A stretch of DNA of 63,987 nucleotides, the filler included, from Intoshia linei (taxonomy: Eukaryota > Animalia > Orthonectida): NCBI GenBank assembly GCA_001642005.1. It is 9 parts of 9 records of this genome, joined end to end, with 100 filler letters (N's around TTAATTAATTAA, not from the genome) between each part and the next. Parts side by side here need not be neighbours in the genome. Positions count along the whole stretch, not along the records: positions 50,928 to 57,412 come from LWCA01001665.1; positions 57,513 to 61,437 come from LWCA01002029.1; positions 61,538 to 62,869 come from LWCA01002668.1; positions 62,970 to 63,987 come from LWCA01002960.1; 5 more parts are not named here. One strand, written 5' to 3'. The notes under the pieces were generated by a model, which saw only the letters and a program-made list of their open reading frames with translations, searched no databases and had not been told where the DNA came from. The position numbers and the translations under genes are program-made. Positions within the stretch are counted from its first letter, which is position 1. Each line of letters begins with the position of its first letter. This document shows, one piece after another, positions 53,759-63,987 of this stretch.

Positions 53759-54818
53759 ATGTTTAAAGCTTACAGATCCGTCAATTTATTTAATAAAAAA
53801 TATAATTTATATCAATGTAGACAAGTATTTAAAGATTTTTTTAATTTTTATATTTAAATAGATTAACTTGTTTTCCCCAAATCATGCACAAACCAATAAT
53901 TTATTCAAAGATAAAGACATTGAACCATTCGAGTCTATATCATCCGATTTAAATCATTTATACAGTACCATACGCAATGTAATTACTAATTACATTAGAG
54001 CCCTGATACTGGTAAAATCTACCCTAAAAGATGTGGGGTCGGCCGAATTTTAATTTTATTTATTAATAGTTTTGGACTGCAAGTATTTGGAGTATTACTC
54101 ATTATAAATTACTATTTTATGTATAAATTTGAGAAATCACTGAATGTGATTTATGATGAGTAACAAAATTAAAATTTCCACGTGGATAAGATTAAAAGAA
54201 TGGGCACGAAAATTTGGAAATGTAGGCTCTGACAGAGCCCTAAATTTAACATTAAAAAGCATTCTATTCACTTTTATTCACACTGGTCTGATTATCATTT
54301 AAATTTAGGTTTTAAAACAAGTCATAAGGTTATTTGCAAATGGTAAATATGCTTGAACACACTCAAATTTTTTTATACTTAAAATTCTTGTCAATTTCAT
54401 TAGAAATCGACTTAATGATTAAACGGTTGATTTACGCAGCGGTGTAATATGAAAGTTTATTTGAGCTAATTCAAATACTACTTTTTATTTTTATTAACAT
54501 TTTAGAGTTTAAAGTGTTCAGCTCTACCGCTACTCTCCAATATGTCTACGTATTATTTTGATGGGAGTGGGAAATCATTCCGTCCAGCCTCAACTATTTT
54601 ATTAGCTAAAGCGTTTTTATCTAACAACAGGTAATATTTTTTTACCTCTTTTGTGAAGATATTTTAGTGAAAATGAGAAAATAACACACAAACAAAACCA
54701 AATTGCCGTTATTGCGGAAATGATTCACGTAGCAAGCTTAATTCATGACGATATCATTGATGAAGCTACCACGCGAAGATTGAAACCTACGTTAAATACT
54801 ATAAATGGAAATAAAAAG
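53759..54818 (+). CDS. PDSS1: Decaprenyl-diphosphate synthase subunit 1-like trans-prenyltransferase, 5' part (exons 53759-53824, 53862-53978, 54506-54630, 54668-54818)
   Basis: YYFDGSGKSFRP and IAEMIHVASLIHDDIIDEATTRR (first DDxxD motif); basic N-terminus resembling a mitochondrial presequence; two 37-nt introns. Downstream exons were not found. Confidence 0.87.
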
Positions 54819-55835
54819 GTTTTTAATCAATTATATAAGATGTTAAAATGTTATAAAAACATAAATAAATGGTATGCCATTTATTTAAAAACTAACAATC
54901 CCAAAAATTTAAAAAACGCAAATTCTAAAACAGTTTTTTATGGTGTAGAAAGTAGTATTAAAGTAAAAATTTCAATCCCCGAATATATAGATATAGTAAT
55001 GATTATTATCGGATATAATGGATAATTATCCATATATATCTGGTCAAAAAAGAATCCTTTACTTATATTAAAATGAATGTATGTGTTACATTTTGATGAC
55101 AAAATTAAGAGTACTAGAATTTAGAAACTGACATTTTCACGGTCAAACCCCCAAATTATACTTTTTTTAAAATTTAAAAAAATACTATATACAAATATAA
55201 TAATATAGAATTTAAGAAATTAAAGCGTCACTTATTCAGATTTAAATTTTTTATGTGTCTTAACAGGATACAACTGTACAATCTGTAATTTTTTTTAAAT
55301 TCTAGGGCTTTTCATTTTAATTTCATTTTAAAAAAAAAGTAATTTGTGGTTTTGATCGTGAAAATTATTCTTTTTGAGGTTTCCATTTATGATAATGTTT
55401 ATGATTTTAAAAAGTATTTCAGAATTTATGTTTAAATACATTTTAGGATATGTTTCATTTTTAAAACCAAAGGGTAATTTGTGGTTTTGACCATGAAGGT
55501 ATACGTTTCTGATGCTGAGATTAACGACAGTGTTAATTCTTTTAAATTGCGTTCCAGAATGGATGTTTTATTATATTTTTGGGTTGATTATTTTTTGAAC
55601 AAAAGGAGAAATTGGGTTTTTGACCCTAAAGGCCTCAAATTCAGAAACTGAAAAATGGATAAAACGGTATTAGAAATTGAGTTTTTTTAAATTCTGCGAC
55701 TGTCAATTTTTTCAATAAATGGTTACACACACAGACATTTATTTTTATATAAGTAAAGGAAAAAATATTAAATAACTATCCTAGATTTTAAAAAAACGCA
55801 TTATTCTGATATAGCTTATTCTAGTTGATCTAGAT

Positions 55836-56167
55836 CAGTGTTTCCGAAGGTGGGCGCCCACTTGGGGGCGCTGAAATATTTAAAGGGGCGGTACTCAGAC
55901 TTTTTCTTTTGAACATTGATCCTGATCTTGATAAGTTGTCACAGGCTCATCAACCTCAGGGTACTCATTAATTTTTGATACTGATTTCAATAAATATTTT
56001 ATATTGTGAATAATACGTTTTATCATTAAATTTTCTTGAAATCATGCGATAGTTTTATTTGTCTGTTAATTCTACTTCACTGCTTAGATCACTACCACAA
56101 TATATAATTTATTACAATGGAAAAGGTTTGACGATTTAACTGGAAAATAAAAGGTTGGGAAACACTT
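55836..56167. mobile_element. hAT-type MITE with perfect 8-bp TSD, inserted in a Helitron-like copy
   Basis: ATCTAGAT|cagtgtttccgaa ... ttgggaaacactt|ATCTAGAT. Homologous empty sites at about 21890 and 26490. Confidence 0.9.
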
Positions 56168-58189
56168 ATCTAGATACAAAAATTCAACCCCACAAATCGA
56201 TGAGTTTAAAAATAACTTTTAATATATTATTATTCAAAACTTTTGAATTAACTAATTTGTAAAATTAAAAATGAAAATTTAAGTATTCATCCTACTATTT
56301 CAAAAAAAGTGGTAGTTGACCGTATACATTTTTTTTAAAATGAAAAGAGACGTAGAATTTAAAAAACCCTAATTTTTAATACATTTTTCTGAATCACGTT
56401 TTATTGCAAATTATTAGAGATTATAGAGATTATAGAGATTAATTATAGAATTTTATGAAACATTCTGGGATAGTTTTTAAAATCATGAGCATTATCCTAA
56501 ATCGCAACCTCAAAAACTTGCATTTTCACAATCAAAACCACTAATTAACCTTTTCTTAAAAAAAGACAAGAGTTCTATAATTTTAGAAAAAAAACCGCTA
56601 ATACAGTTATTTCCAGTGAACATACTGAAAAAATATAAATCTCACAAATTGACATCTTTACGGTCAAAAAAACACTTTATTGTTTATTTTTTTTATTGTA
56701 CAAAAAATAAAAAAATATTGAATAACAAAAAATTCTAGATTTTAAAAAAAACATTAGTCTGACGCAGCTTAATCCAATTGACCTAAAGAAGAAATATCAA
56801 TCCTGAACTTAACGTATTCTGGGTAGTGATTGTGCCGGGACAAAATTCTCGGGATTTCCCGAAAAAAATTGAGACATACCTGTATTTTATTTATGTTTAT
56901 ATTACTATGAAAATATAATTATATTATAATATTTAAAATTTACCCTTTTCAAAAATACCATTTCAAGCCCTCATGCAAAAATTATCTTTATTCCATTAAT
57001 ACAAATTTACTAAATCTACATAAAAATTAATCTACATGGAAATTTAATCACAATACATACCTTGAAAAGCCAGCCCTTGACTAACTACAGTTTATACAAA
57101 ATAAATTAATAATTTTATAATGAATAATTTTTCTAACTATAAAATGTATGTAATTTTTATCCTCCATGTTTGAAACGACTATACACACTGTGTCAAATTT
57201 TTAGGCAAATCATATAAAGCTATGTAATACACTCAAGATCTAGCCAAAATATTTATTTTTTTTGTAATTCGGTGACTTGTAACAGATGCTAATATTATTC
57301 ATTAAAAAATAAATAGTTTATATGCAAAAAAACTAGTTATCTACTTATCGTTTTCTTACATAATTTAGTGTGTCAAATTATTAGGCAAATTTATAATGGG
57401 ACAAAAAAACAANNNNNNNNNNNNNNNNNNNNNNNNNNNNNNNNNNNNNNNNNNNNTTAATTAATTAANNNNNNNNNNNNNNNNNNNNNNNNNNNNNNNN
57501 NNNNNNNNNNNNTGCATGTAACCGATCTAATTTTTGTAGGCATTTGAAAGTATTTATGGTACTGTCATTACTTCACCCTTAAAAAATCTGAGAAATAGTA
57601 TAAATACATTTTTTTAATATAAGTGGAAAGGTTGCTCTTTAGGAGTGAATTCTATGGTAGAACACCTAACAGTGAAAAAATATACATATGATACAACAAA
57701 CTTTTTTAAATGTATCATTATGATACAACTTGTATGGGTCCAACAGTTACGAATTTGGCTTCATTAAAATTTCATCAACCTTATGCCCGTGTTGTATAAT
57801 TTCTGTAAGATGTTATATACGAATTACAGTTTTGTCAATGTAATGTGAAGAGAATATTTGGCCAAAAGGACTGGCTGTAAAGAAGATCAAAAGATCGTAA
57901 CAATATACTAATATCTAATAGCTACCTAAATCAATTCCCATAAACAACAAATCAATTGAAAAAATAAATATTTAAAGGCTAAAAATTGATAAATTAAATG
58001 ACAGATTAATTTATAGTCATTTAAACTAAAGTGGCCAGAAAAAATTCGTACTATCAATTTTAGTTTATTTGGTGTTAAATGTAAAGCCATAAAAATTCAC
58101 GGAACAGAATAGAAACAAGCCTATAATATAATAATGAAATCAATTTTTTGAAAACATACAATGTATATGAAATTGTAAATATTATGTGG

Positions 58190-59050
58190 AGAAATTAAAT
58201 ATTATCTCGGTATCTTTATAAACAGTAATGAACATTCTATTTTTATGTCTCAACACAATTATATTGAAAAGATTTTAGCTAAATTTGATATGCATTCTGC
58301 CAAGACAGAACAAGTACCGTTAGGTCCTAGTTACTCACTAAAAAATCTTGCAATTTCAGCAAATGATAAACAACAAAATACCAATGTCACCAATGCACAT
58401 TATAGAATGCTAATTGGTTCCCTTCTCTATTTGTCGATCTGTACTAGACCCGATATAACCTTGGCTGTAGGAAAACTGGCTAAATATTGTAATACGCCGA
58501 AAGAATCTACTGGAATGCTCAAAAGATATTCTCAGATATTTGAAAAGTACATTAAATAATAAACTGAAGTATTTTGAACATGAACCAGAAAATGAATTAA
58601 TAGCCTATACTGATGCATCCTGGGGAGATGACCCTTTAACTCGTAGATCAACCACGGGAATTTTGATATATTATAATAAAAATTTTAGTAGATTGGAATT
58701 CTAAATTACAAAAAGTATGTGCGCACAGCAGTCAGAATATATAGCAGTAGATTACACTCTTAGAAAAATTGTATGGTTCAGACAGATATTAAATGAAATT
58801 GGATTTAATCAAACTGATCCTACTGTCATTTACGAAGATAATACAGCGTGTATCTCCATGTCTAAAAGTGAATCAAAATTTTAAGCTAGCAAGCATATAG
58901 AAATCAGATATCACTACATTAAAGACAAAACAGCCGATGGGACTGTCAAGCTAATATATATTCGATCTGAGAATCAACTGGCAGATATTCTGACCAAGCC
59001 TCTAACAAAAATCAAATTCATATCTATTCTTAAAAGATTAATGAAATAAA
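58190..59050 (+). mobile_element. Ty1/Copia retrotransposon remnant (RT C-terminus and RNase H), frameshifted
   Basis: YYLGI, SQHNYIEKIL, YRMLIGSLLYLSICTRPDI, AYTDASWGDD..TRRSTTG, YEDN, KHIEIRYHYI, NQLADILTKPL. Confidence 0.93.
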
Positions 59051-60131
59051 CAGATCTAAAATAAAGTTAGTTAATATAAATAAAATAACTAAAGTAATTA
59101 TTAATAAATATTTTTGATATTAACAACGTGTTTCTTAATTTCACTTCATTTGAACCTTTTATTGTATTTCATCCTCTGATGAATATTATCCCAAATGATA
59201 TAAACAATAAAATAAGTTTTAGGTCTAATAAGTTCTAAATTAAACTACGGCAACGAATTTATATAAGTTTTTATACTAACTTAATTTAACTTAAAACATG
59301 TTATACTCATTGTTTGAAAATGCCAAATGGAAAAGTAACATTCACAAGAAAAAAGGCCAAAAGTATGGACACATTTTAAACATCAATCATTTTTATATTA
59401 TAAACCTTTGCGATAATGGTAAAATTCGACTGAAATATTTATAAAGTGAAGATTCAATTAATTATTGATACATAATTGGTATTTTTAAGTATTTATTAAA
59501 TTGGTACTGAATATATGTCATCACATTGAAAATGACAAAATAGATTTTTATAATTTTATTTTTTCTGGAATTTATGCTAGTTATGACAAATTTTAGGATT
59601 GGACTGTTTTTACTTAATTTTTAATATTATACACACATTCTGTCGAATAAATTAAAAAAATGGGATAATAATTGTTTTTCAAATTCTTTACGCAAATGTT
59701 TCCAAAACAAAATTAAGATAGAATAATTCAGGACTCAGGATAGACTAGGTGCTGTTTGTACGTAGTACAAAACTGCCAAGCTAGTTGTAAATATAAAATT
59801 GTTAATTTTAAATATATTTTTTAAATTCAAAATTAATAATTTATTTTATTTAACTTTCCCGAAAGATAGATATACAGAAAAATACATGCGAAGAAAAGCC
59901 TATGAATCAAAGTCCTTAATATCTAAAAAATTCAAATATCCGAAATTATTTGATAAAAATAACAAGTATTCGGTTCATTTCAACTATTAAAATGCAAACA
60001 TAAAATAGACGGACACAGAATATTTTAAAATTTATTGAGTTTTTTAGTGATATGAATTTTACAAAATTTTGAAGTGTTGTATAATTTATTTATGAATACA
60101 TCGATAAATTAATATATACATGTAGTATACA

Positions 60132-60690
60132 TTAATTAAAAGAATTAAAATCATCTATCAATCTACAATGGTCAGCCCGATTTGATTGAAAATTCCAATT
60201 CATGCTTTCAAATTTTGAAAACACGGGTTGTAGAAATTTTAGATAAGCCAAATTTACATCAGAATATAAATCTAATAGGATATTAGCACTATTAACATAT
60301 GAAGTACTGTTTTGAATGTATAAATTTAAAAATGTCTTGATTAAATCAAACTGATCTACAATAACCCCAATGGCTTTAGATTTAACTAACCATCTTGTTT
60401 TGCATATAGGAATAAATTTTAATGGAGATCTTTCATTGTAAATAATTTTATAGAGATTTCTGTATTGTTCTAATCGTAGAGGAGACTTATTAACAAAAGC
60501 AAAAGTGGATTTGATCAAAATTTCGATATCGTGAGGGATTACATCAAATGCATGTGAGCAAAGTAAATTCAGAGAATGGCATATTCATTTTAGCAAATGA
60601 TATCCGGTATTAATAATTTTAATTTAGAGTATAGGGAATTATATGGACCGCAAAGATTTGAAGCACCGTCGGTTGTAATGCTAATTGAGC
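60132..60690 (-). pseudogene. hAT transposase fragment
   Basis: ITTDGASN, ICHSLNLLCSHAF, FVNKSPLR and CKTRWL motifs. Confidence 0.8.
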
Positions 60691-61847
60691 TAGAAAAAAA
60701 TTTAAAAAAATAAACTGTATAACTAAACATGGAGAACAGTATTATAAAGGCGGTACCACGTTAAAAAGCTCAAACGCCGATTTCCGTTAAAATAAAGTTC
60801 AGTTTTAATTTCTTCATAATATTTATACAGTGATATTTAAAATGACACGCAACTCGAATAGATAGCGTTAAATATTTTTGATTGCGAATTAGTTTTTCTA
60901 TTTTAAAAATACACACTTTTAGTGCTAATTGCCCTTGATTCTTTGATGGGTGTGACACCCTAAAGTACATATAACTCTGGCATATTTAAATTTGCCTAGT
61001 AAATAAATCTATAGATTAAATTTGTATAGCGGTTACATCTAAAATTTTATGAGAATTTATTTATATCTTAGTTATGTCAATTTTAAATATCGTTACAAAA
61101 AATTTGAATCTTCATTTTATATTTATAATTACTTCTTATTTGTAATATAGTTAATTTTACATACTTGATAAGGTAAGCAGTGTGAAGGGTAAATTTGAGT
61201 TTAGCACTATTGTATATTTTTGTAAATATTGGATTAATTGTTGACATTGATTTCCAGGCAAAATACATGGACATGTCATTGATTCTAGCCTTTTGCGTAT
61301 GAGCGACTTTCGACCAAAACGGTAAATAACCATTGAAACCACATACAAGGAAACTTACGGAAAGTTACAATTTTATGAAAAATTGGAGTTCTGATTTTGG
61401 AGTCAATATCGGTGATTCCTGGGAAGATAGCCATTGTNNNNNNNNNNNNNNNNNNNNNNNNNNNNNNNNNNNNNNNNNNNNTTAATTAATTAANNNNNNN
61501 NNNNNNNNNNNNNNNNNNNNNNNNNNNNNNNNNNNNNCTAAATGAAAAAATTATTATAATTATATTATAAATATATATTAATTATTATTAATATATAAAA
61601 TGTTCAAGTGTCCCTTTGAACATCACATACTACATTATAACTTTAATATAACATTATCGTCGTTTCAAGTTAAAACCAAAGTGAAAAATTTATATTTTAA
61701 ATTTCTTTTCGCTTAATTTTTCACAATAACTGAAACATTGAACGGTTGGAACATGTAAATATATTTGTATATAAGTTTACCAGAACTAACTAAAATTAAA
61801 TTTAAAAATGTAATTCATATACGTACTAGTAGTAGTGTATATCAATG

Positions 61848-62471
61848 TTTCTCAAAGTGGTCCACAGAAAAATTTTGGTAGTTCTCATAGAGCTTTAAAA
61901 CATCATTTAAAACTTTTATTATTATTATTTATTATTATCTATTATTAAAAATTTTTCTATTTCATACTGAGGTAAGTTGGATTGTTAAGGGTAATATTCG
62001 GAAAAGGCTGGTAATTTTATGGGAAGCTCAAAAAAATAATACTTGAAACCATAATTATTTTACAAAGTTTAAAAAATATAGACGTAAAGTCAAAAATTTT
62101 CTATCTTAGAGATATTTTTAGCGTAATTCATGGCATTTTCACATAAAAAGGAAATTAACTGGATGACCGAGGTACTATGAGATTGCAATTTAATCAATAT
62201 TTTGTGTTAATTACACTGTAGGAAAAACCAAGAACAAATAAGGCATTGACCAAAAAATAGTTTGTATAAATGTAAATTTAGTTTAACTTTTTTTTATTCC
62301 TTGTTTTACAACGTTAAAATAAATAAATAAATATTGAAATAAAAGTAAGTATATTCGTTAATATATAGTTTCTTCCGCTAATTAGAATTTGGGAAACGTT
62401 GGTTTATGGTGGTCCACAAAACTTTTTAGAATAACATATTCTCCACAAAGAAAAAAAGGTGAGAAACACTG
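61848..62471. mobile_element. hAT-type MITE
   Basis: caatgtttctcaaagtggtccac ... aaaggtgagaaacactg with flanks gtatatat-like on both sides; boundaries approximate. Confidence 0.6.
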
Positions 62472-62969
62472 GTATATATAAAAAAATTTATAATTGTACT
62501 AGTGATTGATTTAACCGTAAAAAATATAGTATCATCATCAAAACCCCAGATGACTCTTTTTTAAATAATGAAAACAACCATAGAATTTAAAAAAAAATTA
62601 CAACTGATACAATACTTATATATGTCTCTGTGTGTGTTTTTATTATAAATGATTATTATTCAAAAATTTTCTGGCACTCCAAAAACTGGTTTGCACCCCA
62701 GGTTAAGAACTTATATCTTACACGTTAAAATAAATACAAAATAATTTCAAATATAATTAGTTTTTCCAAGGTTCTGGGACTTAAAAACCGATTTGATATC
62801 GCTACAGTGATAGAACACTGTTATGATATACTAATTTAATTATAAATAATTACAATTTTCTAATTAAAANNNNNNNNNNNNNNNNNNNNNNNNNNNNNNN
62901 NNNNNNNNNNNNNTTAATTAATTAANNNNNNNNNNNNNNNNNNNNNNNNNNNNNNNNNNNNNNNNNNNN

Positions 62970-63690
62970 TATGTACACAAGTCACTATACATTATAGGGT
63001 TTCGGGCATCGATGGTTATCTTAATGATGTAAACACAAATAAATAATGTACACAACTAATCACGGGTTGCATAAAACATTTTCAAAATGTTCAAAATCTC
63101 ATGTTTTATAAAACGCAATTCCATTAATTTCATAAACATTTCTGGCGAAAAAAGTTTGTTGACCTTGATTTGGTAAAAAACTGAAAAAAAAAATGTACTA
63201 AAAAGTATTGTTCATGAACATAGAGATGAAAACATTTTTAATGCAGACGAATTTGCTCTATTCTATCAATGTCTGATAGAGAAAACGCATTAATATAAGT
63301 ATACAAAAAGTTTGGGCGCGAAATCTAGCAAAAATAGGGTTAAAGTTATGGCTCGCAGTAACATGACTAAAAAGTACAAAAAAACTTTATGTGATGGCGA
63401 ATCAAAAAATCCCAGATGCATGAAAAATTTTTTATTTTGATTAATATCTATACTAGTTGACTATTCAGCAAATAAAAAAGGTTGGATGACCGTAAACCTC
63501 TTTACTGAATAATTAATAAAATTTAATTAAGAAATTAAAAATTTCAATTTTANCATGAAAAATTTTTTATTTTGATTAATATCTATACTAGTTGACTATT
63601 CAGCAAATAAAAAAAGTTGGATGACCGTAAACCTTTTTACTAAATAATCAATAAAATTTAATTAAGAAATTAAAAATTTCAATTTTACAT
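62970..63690 (+). pseudogene. pogo/Tigger transposase remnant
   Basis: ISGEK, DENIFNADEFALFYQ, KSSKNRVKVM, SKNPRC and YSANKKGWMT motifs with stops; tail duplicated around the single N at 63553. Confidence 0.85.
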
Positions 63691-63987
63691 ATAAGGTATT
63701 GTAAAAAGTAAAAATTTATAAAAAAAAATAAGTTTGTTAACATACTTTTTCCGCTGACTGTATAAGTAAGGAATCCTTACTAAGGATACGATGTATTATT
63801 CTTTTTCATGAAAATCGTGATAAAAATTAAGTTCATTTAATTAATCGTGATAAAAACTTACACGATTATAATAATCGTGTGAAAAAATATGTGCATCGTT
63901 CCAAATTCCAGCCTTTTTTGTTGATAACAAAGGGTGAACAAAAAAGCAGATTTCAATGTTTTTAATCGTATAATTATAATAGGGGAT

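Noticed and set aside
63419-63690. ~134-bp direct repeat around the N at 63553
   Set aside because: Same single-N join pattern; likely an allelic overlap artefact.

Overview
Very AT-rich eukaryotic (metazoan-type) genomic DNA with many very short GT-AG introns, mostly 35-41 nt with several exactly 37 nt. This resembles a reduced parasitic animal such as the orthonectid Intoshia (inference, not verified). Eight 100-nt assembly spacers (44N-TTAATTAATTAA-44N) and three single-N joins break the window, so order across gaps is uncertain. Host genes reconstructed by hand from splice sites: an EGF/laminin-G/cystine-knot-like gene (-), a C2orf81/DUF4639-like gene (-), two tandem cytoplasmic poly(A)-binding protein paralogues (+), a single-finger GATA factor (-), MIA40/CHCHD4 (-), a 10-exon allene oxide synthase-PLAT-lipoxygenase fusion (-), partial GCN2 (+), a hypothetical coiled-coil gene (-) and the 5' half of a PDSS1-like prenyltransferase (+). 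Much of the remainder is decayed DNA transposons (hAT, Tc1/IS630, pogo/Tigger), hAT/piggyBac/pogo-type MITEs, a non-autonomous Helitron-like family, foldback-like repeats and LTR fragments. The main finding is the AOS-LOX fusion. Its spliced frame is intact (3504 nt, 1167 aa), yet the heme-site residues of the catalase-like domain and most iron ligands of the lipoxygenase domain appear replaced, suggesting a doubly inactive pseudoenzyme. All homology calls are from manual motif recognition; no database search was run.
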